A stretch of 64,000 nucleotides of DNA from an uncultured Candidatus Saccharibacteria bacterium (GCA_964453135.1 CAYVOL010000003.1:33976-97975); one strand, 5' to 3'; positions 27,983 to 37,428 are shown, counted from the first letter of the stretch. Made by a program: numbers and translations. Notes: a model not told the origin generated them from the letters alone.

Positions 27983-29059
27983 ATGCACACCCAAGTTTTT
28001 TTATTGGTTAAATTCATCGGGTTTTTTATTTTCTCTTTTTTGATTGCCGCTGTTTTGGCGCCGATTTTGATTCATTATCTTTATAAGTACAAGGCCTGGA
28101 AGAAACAATCGCGTTCGCGGACAATCGGAGGTTATGAAACCCCTATTTTTCAAAAATTTCACGCCGAGAAAGAAGTGAAGACTCCACGGATGGGCGGCAT
28201 TCTTATTTGGGTAACCGTCCTGATTGTTTCTGTTATTGCTTTTTTAGCGTCCTATTTTTTCCCGAATTCTTTTATGGGGAAAATAAATTTTCTAAGCCGT
28301 AAAGAAACCTGGCTGCCTTTGTTCAGTTTGGTGGCGTCTTCTTTATTAGGATTGGCTGACGATTTAATGACAATAGGCAACAATGGCCGGTATATCGGCG
28401 GGGGAATAAGAGCGAGGTGGCGCATAGGGCTTGTTTTGGCGATAGCTTTGGCGGGCGCCTGGTGGTTTCATTTTAAGCTGGGCTGGAATTCCATTTACAT
28501 TCCTTTTTATGGGAATGTGATGATTGACGGCTGGTATTTGTTGCTTTTTATAATTGTTGTCTTGGCTACTTTTTCCACCGGCGTGGTGGACGGATTGGAC
28601 GGCTTATCAGCCGGGGTTTTGGCGCCAATTTTTGCTTCTTTCGGGATCATCGCTTATTCGCGGGCAGAGTATGATTTGGCGACTTTTATCGCGATTATTA
28701 TCGGAGCGCTCACCACTTATTTATGGTTCAACGTTCCGCCGGCGCGCTTTTATATGGGAGAAACCGGCATAATGGGCTTGACTGTTGTCTTGGCGGTGAT
28801 TGCCGCGCTGACTAATTCCATTTTCTTTTTGCCCATTATTGGAATGGTTTTGGTTATTGAGGCGATGTCGGTAATTATTCAGCTTATTTCCAAACAATTG
28901 CGCGGAGGAAAAAAAGTTTTTTTGGCCGCGCCCATCCACCATCATTTTGAGGCCAAGGGCTGGAGTGAGGCGCAGATTACCATGAGATTTTGGATTCTCT
29001 CGGCCGTGTTTTCCGGTTTGGGGTTGATTTTATATTTCGCGAGCAGATTTTTGTACTAA
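27983..29059 (+). CDS. mraY: Phospho-N-acetylmuramoyl-pentapeptide transferase
   Basis: KTPRMGG, GLADD, VDGLDGL, FYMGETG, APIHHHFE and multiple TMs. Confidence 0.95.
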   Translation: MHTQVFLLVKFIGFFIFSFLIAAVLAPILIHYLYKYKAWKKQSRSRTIGGYETPIFQKFHAEKEVKTPRMGGILIWVTVLIVSVIAFLASYFFPNSFMGKINFLSRKETWLPLFSLVASSLLGLADDLMTIGNNGRYIGGGIRARWRIGLVLAIALAGAWWFHFKLGWNSIYIPFYGNVMIDGWYLLLFIIVVLATFSTGVVDGLDGLSAGVLAPIFASFGIIAYSRAEYDLATFIAIIIGALTTYLWFNVPPARFYMGETGIMGLTVVLAVIAALTNSIFFLPIIGMVLVIEAMSVIIQLISKQLRGGKKVFLAAPIHHHFEAKGWSEAQITMRFWILSAVFSGLGLILYFASRFLY

Positions 29060-29096
29060 ATAAATTTAAAACTTATTTGTATTTTGAGATGGTTAG

Positions 29097-29921
29097 ATGA
29101 TTCAAATGTTTCACTCATTTTTTAAAAGAATAATTCAATTTTTGCTGAAATGGATGGCGAAGGTTTATCTTTGGGAAACGCGGCCTCATGTGATAGTAAT
29201 AAGCGGAACAACTGGTAGATTTTGGATAAAAGAAAAAATCGTGGAAGCTCTCGGGGAGACCAGTCATTTTGTCAGGGCCAACAAGAAAAATTTTAACGCG
29301 GAACTCGGGCTCCCGCTCTCTATTTTGGATTTGCCTTCGGGCAACGGATCTTTTTGGGGCTGGATTAGCGTTTTGCGGCAGGGGGTTTCAGTGATTACTC
29401 ACACTATCAGACGTTCGCGCACGCGCAAGTCTTTTTATCTGGTTTTGGAGATGGCAATTGATCGGCCGGAAAATATGAATTATTTGCTGAAAATCGTTAG
29501 GCCTAACGCCGTTATTTTAACCAACATCACCATGATTTATCAGGAAAATTTTGAGGACTTAGACGAAATTTCCGGAGAATACCGCCAATTGGTGAAATCT
29601 CTGCCTTGGGATGGAATTTTGATTCTTAATAATGACGACGAACGGATAAAAAACTTAAGCCAATTTTTTGACGGAAAAACTATTTTTTACGGATTGAAAG
29701 ACGGAGCTCATTTTCGGGCCATGGATATTATAAGAGAGATAGACGGACAGCGATTTAAGATTGAGGTCAACGGCAAGGAAAAAGAGATTTTTCCGCTTAA
29801 AATTAATCGTTTTGGTCGGCATCATGTTTACGCGGAGCTGGCGAAAAAAATTATTTTAGATAATTTTAAGGCGCCGCAGAGAGATTTTTTCGGAAAAATT
29901 TTAGACGTGGAAAGTCACTAA
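29097..29921 (+). CDS. Truncated/degenerate MurF-like Mur ligase (central domain only)
   Basis: VISGTTGRFWIKE (degenerate P-loop), NFNAELGLPLSIL, LVLEMAIDRPENM and ILNNDD. It is 274 aa long with no C-terminal domain. Confidence 0.75.
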   Translation: MIQMFHSFFKRIIQFLLKWMAKVYLWETRPHVIVISGTTGRFWIKEKIVEALGETSHFVRANKKNFNAELGLPLSILDLPSGNGSFWGWISVLRQGVSVITHTIRRSRTRKSFYLVLEMAIDRPENMNYLLKIVRPNAVILTNITMIYQENFEDLDEISGEYRQLVKSLPWDGILILNNDDERIKNLSQFFDGKTIFYGLKDGAHFRAMDIIREIDGQRFKIEVNGKEKEIFPLKINRFGRHHVYAELAKKIILDNFKAPQRDFFGKILDVESH

Positions 29922-29945
29922 AAGTTTTGTTATCACCCATCCCTT

Positions 29946-31745
29946 TCACGCCACCTCCTGTTTGTAGCACTCATCGCAGTAGATGATCTCGGGTCGGTCA
30001 GGGGAATAGGAGGTTTGGAAGGTATTGGGACAGGGATTGGTTCCGTGGAAGTGCTTTGATGTATTCTGGTATTGGTTCTGGTTTTTCAGTTGAGAGGTCT
30101 GGCCTTGGCATTCGCATTGTCTTTCCCAGAGTTTCAAAGGGTTTCTTTGTTTGATTCTCTGGTAATGGCGGCAGTTGGGGCAAAGTCTGGGGAGGGGAAG
30201 ATTCATCTTCCGGTAGAAATCAAGCTCGGGTTTGATGATTTTGAAGGCTTTGGTGCATTGTTCGTTGCAATGGGAGGCGCTATGGGAACATTCTATGACT
30301 TGGCCTACTATGGAGTCTTCTACATCCTTTATATGGTCGGGGAGAGATTCTGAGGGGAGGTCTATTTTGAGGTCTCTATTGGCTTCTTCTTTCCACCTAT
30401 ATCCCTGGCTTTCTGCTTGTTCTTGGGTTAGAGGGAAGTATTCCTGAGCAATGGTTTCGTTGTAGGAGAAGGGAGACAATTCCGGAGGGAAGAATTCTCC
30501 GTACTTGTATATTCTTCCTTGTTTATCTATATAGGGAAGAGTATTCATATGATCTATTATTCTGGGGACTAGTTTTTCATATTCTTCCTTGGTGTATTGC
30601 TTGTTGAGGATACAATACTGCTTGTTGCGGAGGCCTACGCAGCCGAAGAGGTGGGAGGAATTTTGACACCACATTGAATATTGTGTGTCATAAATATCGG
30701 GCACAAGCGGCTTGCTTCCCCACATATTCCAGCAAAAATGCGTGTTATACCCAAGACCTTCTACGAGTTCATACAAAAGATCTCCTCCAGCTATCGCCGT
30801 ATCGAAGCAGTCACGACTTTTATAGAAAAAAATAAGCTGGCAATAAGAACAATCTTCCAAATTTTGGCAGACAAATGAATGTTTGGTGTTTTTACAATGC
30901 TTAAGATAATCGCCGGAAACATTGTTGTTGTTTCTTCCGTGATAGAATTTTTTAGGAAATTGCAGTTGAAATTTTTGCAAGTCATTGTTGAATTTCAAAG
31001 TGCCGTTATAAGAGCCAAGGTCAAACGTTTTCAATTTTTGGAAATATTCTTCCCGGGAGTAGGGATGGTTGAAAATGTGGTATTCTTTGTTTTTTAAGCT
31101 AACGCAACCGAAACAATCGTGGCAATTAATCAGATTTTTGGAAAAGAAAACATTACGACACTCACTGCATTCCGAAGAAAAGAAAACATTGTGGCATTTT
31201 TTGCAGTCGTAGAGCCAATAGCATAATTCTGAACTTTGAACCTCGTCAATATCAAGGGAATCTTTTGTTTCGCTTATGGTTTCTCCATAAGCGATGTTTT
31301 CCGAATTGCCTATATTGAAAGCAAGGTAACAATTTTTGATATTAACCGCTTGATTGCAATAATCGCTGTTGATGTCATTTAAGGCGCCGCGGTGCGGCCA
31401 GGGCATTTTTAACATAGACTCTTTTATTTGTTCAAAAAATGACCTGTTGAAATCATAATCTTTCCCGTATTCCATTGCGTCCCATTTGTCCGACCAAAAA
31501 TAGTCTTCGTGGTAAACTTTGACTGGAGAGTCAGGGGAATACATGGCGATAACTTCTTTGTCTTCTCCTTCAATTTTCCGTTTGTATAAAGTCCGGGTGT
31601 TGCGGAAATTCATTCTTCTAGCCGCCCGGCATTCCGGACAGAACGTCGGCGCCGGAACTTTGATTTTGTTGTAAAACTCAAAATCCTCCGGTTTTATGAT
31701 AAAGTTTTGTTTGCAATTTTGGCAAGATTTTTTTTCGGGATTCAT
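29946..31745 (-). CDS. Cys-rich ~600-aa hypothetical protein (CxxC Zn-ribbon ends, repeated Cys-rich core) of a family typical of Parcubacteria
   Basis: CQNCKQNF...PTFCPECR, CFGCVSL/FGCVGLRNKQYCILNKQY, YGEFFP, PRLCPNCRH and TSYSPDRPEIIYCDECY. Confidence 0.85.
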   Translation of the reverse strand: MNPEKKSCQNCKQNFIIKPEDFEFYNKIKVPAPTFCPECRAARRMNFRNTRTLYKRKIEGEDKEVIAMYSPDSPVKVYHEDYFWSDKWDAMEYGKDYDFNRSFFEQIKESMLKMPWPHRGALNDINSDYCNQAVNIKNCYLAFNIGNSENIAYGETISETKDSLDIDEVQSSELCYWLYDCKKCHNVFFSSECSECRNVFFSKNLINCHDCFGCVSLKNKEYHIFNHPYSREEYFQKLKTFDLGSYNGTLKFNNDLQKFQLQFPKKFYHGRNNNNVSGDYLKHCKNTKHSFVCQNLEDCSYCQLIFFYKSRDCFDTAIAGGDLLYELVEGLGYNTHFCWNMWGSKPLVPDIYDTQYSMWCQNSSHLFGCVGLRNKQYCILNKQYTKEEYEKLVPRIIDHMNTLPYIDKQGRIYKYGEFFPPELSPFSYNETIAQEYFPLTQEQAESQGYRWKEEANRDLKIDLPSESLPDHIKDVEDSIVGQVIECSHSASHCNEQCTKAFKIIKPELDFYRKMNLPLPRLCPNCRHYQRIKQRNPLKLWERQCECQGQTSQLKNQNQYQNTSKHFHGTNPCPNTFQTSYSPDRPEIIYCDECYKQEVA

Positions 31746-31785
31746 AAAAATAAATTAGTTTATTGCGCGATATTTTATTATAACG

Positions 31786-31836
31786 ATTTTATCAGAAATT
31801 CCCCCCCCCGCAACAATAAAATGGGGATAACTTTTT
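31786..31836 (-). promoter_or_regulatory. Promoter with DnaA-box-like motif and a G9 homopolymer across the -35/spacer
   Basis: The - strand reads AAAAAGTTATCCCCAT-tttattg-TTGCGG-GGGGGGGaatttcTGA-TAAAAT, the same geometry as the promoter at 11775. Confidence 0.6.
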
Positions 31837-31929
31837 ATAAAACATCAAGTAAACTAACTCATTTATAATTTCTTTATTTTTATTTTAATAGGGAATAGTT
31901 AATTTATAAGGCATTATTGGCGATGCTTT

Positions 31930-33462
31930 ATGAATAATTTTTCCAAAGTTTATTCCGCTGAGCTGGAAGGAATTGAAGCCAAGCTGATTGAAGTGGAGAC
32001 CGACATTAACGTCGGGCTTCACGCTTTTAACATTGTCGGGTTGGCGGACAAGGCGCTTAATGAGGCGAAAGAAAGGGTAAACGCCGCTTTGAAAAATTCC
32101 AACATCAAGCCGCCTAACAGGGAGAATCGTAGGATTACGGTGAACTTGGCGCCGGCGGATATCAAAAAAGCCGGTTCGCAATATGATTTGGCGATTGCCT
32201 TGGGCTATCTTTTGGCCACCAGGCAGATTAAAAGTTTTGACGCGAAAGATAAAATTTTTATCGGTGAACTTTCTTTAGAGGGGAATCTTCGTCCGATAAA
32301 CGGAGTTTTAGCTATTGCCCGCTTAGCGAAAAAATTAAATTTTCAGCATCTTTTTGTCCCCAAGGAAAACGCGCGGGAAGCGGCGATCGTGCGCGGCATC
32401 TCGGTTATTCCCGTATCTAACTTGAACGAACTCATCAATCATCTAGAAGGAAAAGAAGAGGTTATTTCTCAGAAAGAGACGCAATTAGATTTTAACTGGC
32501 CGTCTGAAGGTTTGGACATTTCGGAAATCAAGGGCCAGGAAAATGCGAAAAGGGCTTTGATTATCGCGGCGGCCGGCGGACACAATATTTTAATGCGCGG
32601 ATCTCCTGGCGGCGGAAAAACTATGCTGGCGCAGTCCTTGACTTCCATTTTGCCTCCTTTGTCTTTGGAAGAATCTTTGGAGGTGATTCAAATTTACAGC
32701 AGTATTAATTTTTTAGCCGGTCAGTCTTTCATTTCCCGGCGGCCTTTTCGCGCGCCGCATCACACTGCTTCCGCGGTTTCTATTGTGGGCGGAGGCGTAA
32801 ATCCGCGGCCGGGAGAAGTCAGTTTGGCGCACAGAGGAGTTTTGTTTCTGGATGAGATTCCTGAGTTCCGCCGCGATATTTTGGAATCGTTAAGGCAGCC
32901 ATTGGAGAGCGGAGAGGTTTGTATTTCCCGCGCCAGGGGTGTTTTGAATTTTCCCGCGCGTTTTTCTTTGGTGGCGGCGATGAACCCGTGCCCTTGCGGG
33001 TATTACGGCGACGCGGAAAAAGTCTGCCAGTGCAGCGCCGCGGAAATTTTCCGCTATCAAAAGAAAATCTCCGGTCCTTTAATGGACAGAATTGATATTC
33101 AGATTAACGTGCCGCGGGTGAAGACGGAGGATTTGATCCAGAAAAAAGAAGAAAATATTACCGGAAAGATACGCGAGAAAATAATGAAAACGAGAGAGAG
33201 GCAAAGAAAAAGATTCGCCGGGTTAGAAAAGTCAATTTATTTGAATTCCGAAATGTCTTCGCGTTTAGTTGACGAAGTCGTTCAATTGGATTCTGATAGC
33301 CAGAAATTTTTGAAAAATATATTGGACAAGACTTTTTTGTCCGCCCGCGGGTATTACCGGCTTTTGAAAACCAGCCGCACTATCGCCGATTTGGAAGAAT
33401 CGGCGAGTGTTTTGATTTCTCATCTGACAGAGGCGTTTCAGTATAGGATAAGGGAGGGGTAA
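31930..33462 (+). CDS. comM: YifB/ComM Mg-chelatase-like AAA+ ATPase
   Basis: ITVNLAPADIKK, GELSLEG, GSPGGGKT, PFRAPHH, GEVSLAHRGVLFLDE, AMNPCPCG and SGPLMDRID. Confidence 0.93.
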   Translation: MNNFSKVYSAELEGIEAKLIEVETDINVGLHAFNIVGLADKALNEAKERVNAALKNSNIKPPNRENRRITVNLAPADIKKAGSQYDLAIALGYLLATRQIKSFDAKDKIFIGELSLEGNLRPINGVLAIARLAKKLNFQHLFVPKENAREAAIVRGISVIPVSNLNELINHLEGKEEVISQKETQLDFNWPSEGLDISEIKGQENAKRALIIAAAGGHNILMRGSPGGGKTMLAQSLTSILPPLSLEESLEVIQIYSSINFLAGQSFISRRPFRAPHHTASAVSIVGGGVNPRPGEVSLAHRGVLFLDEIPEFRRDILESLRQPLESGEVCISRARGVLNFPARFSLVAAMNPCPCGYYGDAEKVCQCSAAEIFRYQKKISGPLMDRIDIQINVPRVKTEDLIQKKEENITGKIREKIMKTRERQRKRFAGLEKSIYLNSEMSSRLVDEVVQLDSDSQKFLKNILDKTFLSARGYYRLLKTSRTIADLEESASVLISHLTEAFQYRIREG

Positions 33463-33533
33463 ACAATTTTGAGGTTTGAAATTTGAATTGATTTATTTTT
33501 GACTTCCTCGCTGTTTTTCAACACAATACCTGA

Positions 33534-35387
33534 ATGACAGGTTTTGATTTGAACGAAAACCAAAAAGAAGCCGCAGAACATCAAGGCGGTCCGCTTTTGA
33601 TTGTGGCAGGCGCGGGTTCTGGAAAAACGCGAACTTTGGTCAGCCGGCTTATCTATTTGCTTCAAAACGGAGTAAACCCGGGAAATATTATTGCCATTAC
33701 TTTCACTAATAAGGCGGCTGACGAAATGCGGGAGCGGGTTGATGATTATTTAGCCAGTCAATCCGCTGTTTCTATTGTTGCCTTCGGCAAGAAAAATAAT
33801 TCAGACAACCAGCCGTTTATCGGCACTTTCCATTCTTTTGGCGCGCGCATTTTACGGAAGGAAAGCCGTTTTCTCGGCCGCTCGGCGAATTTTACCATTT
33901 TTGACGCGGACGATTCGCAATCACTTTTGAAGAAAACAATCAAGAAATTTAATTTTTCCGAAAAGGAAAAAATTACTTTGCCGGCTGTCTCCCGGGCCGT
34001 TTCCCGTTTCAAAAACGAATTGCTTTCATTGGAAGAGGTTGATAACGAAAAAATCAGAATAGTTTTGGAGGAATACGAGGAAGAATTAAAAAGAAACAAC
34101 GCGTTTGATTTTGACGATCTTATTGAAAAACCGGTGAGACTTTTTCACGGCAACAGCGTTGTTTTGGAAAAATACCAGAGTTTATTCCAATATATTTTAG
34201 TGGACGAATATCAGGATATTAACACGGCGCAGTATTATTTCATAAAATTTTTGGCAGAGAAGCACCGCAATATCAGCGTGGTGGGCGACGATGCGCAGAG
34301 TATTTTTAAGTTTCGCGGTTCGGACTTCCGCAATTTTTTGAATTTTGAAAAAGACTGGCAGGATGCTAAAGTTGTTTTTTTGGAAGAAAATTATCGTTCT
34401 GCTTTTAATATTATCAAAGCCGCTTCGGCTGTTATCGCCCACAATAAATATCAGAAGCCGAAAAATTTATGGACGAAAAATAGCCCGGGTGAATTGATAA
34501 AAATCAGAGAGCATCAGGACGCGGAAGAAGAAGCAAACTGGACAGCCGCGCACATCCAAAATTCCAAAACTATTTTTCGCCAGTGGAATGAGCAGGGCGC
34601 TGTCGCTTCTCATTTCAAAACAGCTATTCTTTATAGGACGAATGCGCAGTCGCGCGCCATAGAGCAGGCCTTGATAGAGGAAGGAATACCTTATGCTATT
34701 TTCGGCGGCATCAGATTTTATGAAAGAAAGGAAATTAAAGACGCGGTGGCGGCCTTGCGTTACGGAGTAAACCCGCAAGATACTCTTTCGCGGGAGCGGC
34801 TGAAAAAAAATTTCCCTAAAGGGATTATCGGCGATTTGATAAAAGACATTCCGTCAAAAGCGCAAGAGTTGTCGCCCGTGGAATTCATCGGATATTTTTT
34901 AAAATCAACAAATTATTTTGAATCATTAAAGAAACATTATCTTAATTATGAAGAGCGGACGGAAAACATCGCGGCTTTGATAGAATTTGCCTCTCAATTT
35001 CAAAAACTAGAAGAGCTGACGGAAAAAATAACTTTATTGCAGTCAACAGACAACATCAGCAAGAAAAATATCTCTCAATACAAAGGAGATTCAGTGAGTC
35101 TGATGACCGTTCATTTGTCCAAAGGGCTGGAATTTGACCGGGTGTTTGTTTTGGGTTTAAACGACGGGCTTTTGCCGCATCAGATGTCTTACGCGAGTAA
35201 TGAGGAAATAGAAGAAGAGCGGCGGTTGATGTATGTGGCGATGACCCGGGCGAAAAGAGAATTATTTCTGAATTTTTACGATTTGCCTTCGCGGTTTTTA
35301 TATGAAATTCCGCCGGAGCTGGTTGAGTTTTCCGGCCAGAAAAAATTAAAAGATTTAAACGACGAGGAAAGGTGGATCGAGTATTGA
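33534..35387 (+). CDS. pcrA: UvrD/PcrA SF1 DNA helicase (short 2B domain)
   Basis: AGAGSGKT, AITFTNKAA, VDEYQD, VGDDAQSI, LEENYRS, ILYRTNAQSR, TVHLSKGLEF and EERRLMYVAMTRAK. Confidence 0.93.
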   Translation: MTGFDLNENQKEAAEHQGGPLLIVAGAGSGKTRTLVSRLIYLLQNGVNPGNIIAITFTNKAADEMRERVDDYLASQSAVSIVAFGKKNNSDNQPFIGTFHSFGARILRKESRFLGRSANFTIFDADDSQSLLKKTIKKFNFSEKEKITLPAVSRAVSRFKNELLSLEEVDNEKIRIVLEEYEEELKRNNAFDFDDLIEKPVRLFHGNSVVLEKYQSLFQYILVDEYQDINTAQYYFIKFLAEKHRNISVVGDDAQSIFKFRGSDFRNFLNFEKDWQDAKVVFLEENYRSAFNIIKAASAVIAHNKYQKPKNLWTKNSPGELIKIREHQDAEEEANWTAAHIQNSKTIFRQWNEQGAVASHFKTAILYRTNAQSRAIEQALIEEGIPYAIFGGIRFYERKEIKDAVAALRYGVNPQDTLSRERLKKNFPKGIIGDLIKDIPSKAQELSPVEFIGYFLKSTNYFESLKKHYLNYEERTENIAALIEFASQFQKLEELTEKITLLQSTDNISKKNISQYKGDSVSLMTVHLSKGLEFDRVFVLGLNDGLLPHQMSYASNEEIEEERRLMYVAMTRAKRELFLNFYDLPSRFLYEIPPELVEFSGQKKLKDLNDEERWIEY

Positions 35388-35422
35388 AATGACGTTGTTT
35401 TACTATTTATTTCTACGGATTT

Positions 35423-36223
35423 ATGGGCCAAAAATTAGGACAGCATTTTTTGATAAATAAAGAGAAACTGCAAAAAATTGTTGGCGCTTTGGAATTAGAG
35501 CAGGGGGATTTGGTTTTTGAAATCGGTCCCGGGCATGGGGAGTTGACAGAAGCCATCAAGTATCAAGTGTCAGGTGTCAATATTATTGCGATTGAAAAAG
35601 ACCGGGAATTGGCAGCGGCTCTAAAAGGAAAATATAAAGATGATTTACGGGTAGAAATTGTTGAAGGAGACGCATTGAAAATTTTGTCGGAATTACTCCA
35701 AAGGCATAATCTAAAAGATAAAAGCTATAAAATTGTTGGCAACATTCCTTACTATATTACCGGACATTTATTGCGGATTTTGGGCGAGTTAAAGAACAAG
35801 CCAGCGAGAATTGTTTTGACCATTCAAAAAGAAGTGGCGGAAAGAATATGCGCGGCGCCTCCGAGAATGAATTTATTGGCGGCCAGCGTTCAGTTTTGGG
35901 CTGAGGCGGAAATAATAGATTACATTAGCCGTAAAGATTTTTTACCGGCGCCCGAAGTTGACAGCGCTATTATTGTTTTGCGCCCGCGGCGCGCGGCTTT
36001 CACGCAAATTGGCGACGAACATTATTATCGGTTCATAAAAATTTTATTCCAGCATCCGAGAAAAACTTTATTGAATAATCTCAAATCTCAAATCTCAAAT
36101 CTCAAAAATAAGGAAGAAATTATTAAGGAATTAAAAAAAATTGGAATAAATCCGCAGGATCGGCCGCAGGATTTAGGTCTGGATAATATTATTGAGCTGG
36201 CAAAGAGTTTTGGTTATAATTAG
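35423..36223 (+). CDS. rsmA: 16S rRNA m6(2)A dimethyltransferase RsmA/KsgA
   Basis: LGQHFL, EIGPGHG, IEKD, GNIPYYIT, QKEVAER and PAPEVDSA. Confidence 0.95.
   Translation: MGQKLGQHFLINKEKLQKIVGALELEQGDLVFEIGPGHGELTEAIKYQVSGVNIIAIEKDRELAAALKGKYKDDLRVEIVEGDALKILSELLQRHNLKDKSYKIVGNIPYYITGHLLRILGELKNKPARIVLTIQKEVAERICAAPPRMNLLAASVQFWAEAEIIDYISRKDFLPAPEVDSAIIVLRPRRAAFTQIGDEHYYRFIKILFQHPRKTLLNNLKSQISNLKNKEEIIKELKKIGINPQDRPQDLGLDNIIELAKSFGYN
36077..36104 (+). repeat. In-frame heptamer tandem repeat (AATCTCA)4 in rsmA
   Basis: aatctca x4, encoding NLKSQISNL. Confidence 0.9.
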
Positions 36224-36227
36224 TCAA

Positions 36228-37373
36228 ATGTTTCAAACAGGGATTGTAGGATTGTTATTAATAGCGGTTTTGACGATAGGCGGATTTTATTTTGTTCATA
36301 ACAACGGCGCGGTTCAAATTTTGCCTTCCTCCAATGATAATAAAGCGAATTATTCTTCAACGACTTCTTTCCATGAGAAGACGGAAAGTTTGAGCCTTGA
36401 CGCGCCGGCGCAGTGGATAAAACGGGAAATTAAAAACCAAACTCAATTTTCCGATTCAGCGGGGGGCGCCATAAGCGAGAATAATAATCAGGGAAATAAT
36501 CAAAAAAGAAAAGAAAACAAAAATGTTTTCCAACCGACTTCTTCTAACCAGACATTTTTCTCATCTTCTGACTCAACTTCCGGCGTTTCATCTCAGGATG
36601 ATAGAACGAGTATTACCGGAGAATACTATAAGAAATTTCTGGAAAGCACTTTTTTTATTGGTTTTGACGCGAATCAGCTTGCAGGCATGAAAAAGGAGGA
36701 AAACGGCCGGGCGCTTACATTAGAGGAATTGATTGATTTGGCGAGAAACGGAACTCCGCTCGGCGGATTGAAATCGTCTTTCCTTGCCTGGAGCGATTTG
36801 GATAAAAGAGTTTTGGCGCAGATGGAAGGTTTATCCGTTGATTCGCGAGCCGCTGAAATCCATCAGGAACTTTTAGAATGGTTTAAGTATCATCAGGCGA
36901 CTGCCGAGAAGTTAAGCGGGGATATTGATTTGCCGCAGATAAATAAAATTTATTTTGATTTTCAGGAGAAAGCCGCTGTTCACAATTCACAATTTAAAAA
37001 ATATCTGGATAATCCGATAATCTCCGATTCGCTGATGGAAAAAATTTTCGGGCTGTTTTTGCCACCGCGGGCCGAAGCGTTTACTTGCGGAGCAATGGTG
37101 CCGCCGCCCTTTTATCATTTTGGAGGAAGGGTAATTCTAATGAAACCTTGTAATTGGGGAATAGTGGAAACCATATCTCCTCCCTGTGGCGGAGAATTGC
37201 TTTTTACTTATCCGGTTTTAGCCGGCAATCCTTTTCTGTGGAAAAAACCCACTATTGGTTCCGCGGTTTTGGGAAGGTCTGTTATCGCTCCGGGGATTTG
37301 TCCGGTAGGCATAATACCAATGTTTCCTTATGAGGCCATAGTTTTGTATTTCGGCACATCCTTAACCCCGTGA
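36228..37373 (+). CDS. Hypothetical membrane-anchored protein with C-terminal Cys/Pro-rich domain
   Basis: N-terminal TM, Ser/Asn-rich linker, helical middle and C-terminal FGGRV...PC...GICP...FGTS. ATG 36228 lies 7 nt after TATAAT. Confidence 0.7.
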   Translation: MFQTGIVGLLLIAVLTIGGFYFVHNNGAVQILPSSNDNKANYSSTTSFHEKTESLSLDAPAQWIKREIKNQTQFSDSAGGAISENNNQGNNQKRKENKNVFQPTSSNQTFFSSSDSTSGVSSQDDRTSITGEYYKKFLESTFFIGFDANQLAGMKKEENGRALTLEELIDLARNGTPLGGLKSSFLAWSDLDKRVLAQMEGLSVDSRAAEIHQELLEWFKYHQATAEKLSGDIDLPQINKIYFDFQEKAAVHNSQFKKYLDNPIISDSLMEKIFGLFLPPRAEAFTCGAMVPPPFYHFGGRVILMKPCNWGIVETISPPCGGELLFTYPVLAGNPFLWKKPTIGSAVLGRSVIAPGICPVGIIPMFPYEAIVLYFGTSLTP

Positions 37374-37379
37374 TTTTTG

Positions 37380-37418
37380 TTATCCACATTGTTTTTAGCC
37401 TGCGAAAACAGGTATAAT
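37380..37418 (+). promoter_or_regulatory. Perfect DnaA box abutting a putative promoter
   Basis: TTATCCACA (37380-88), TTGTTT (37389-94), TATAAT (37413-18) and ATG at 37429. Confidence 0.55.
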
Positions 37419-37428
37419 AGGTAGTGAA

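Noticed and set aside
37380-37388. Replication origin
   Set aside because: Single DnaA box in a 55-bp gap, with no box cluster, DUE or dnaA/dnaN nearby.
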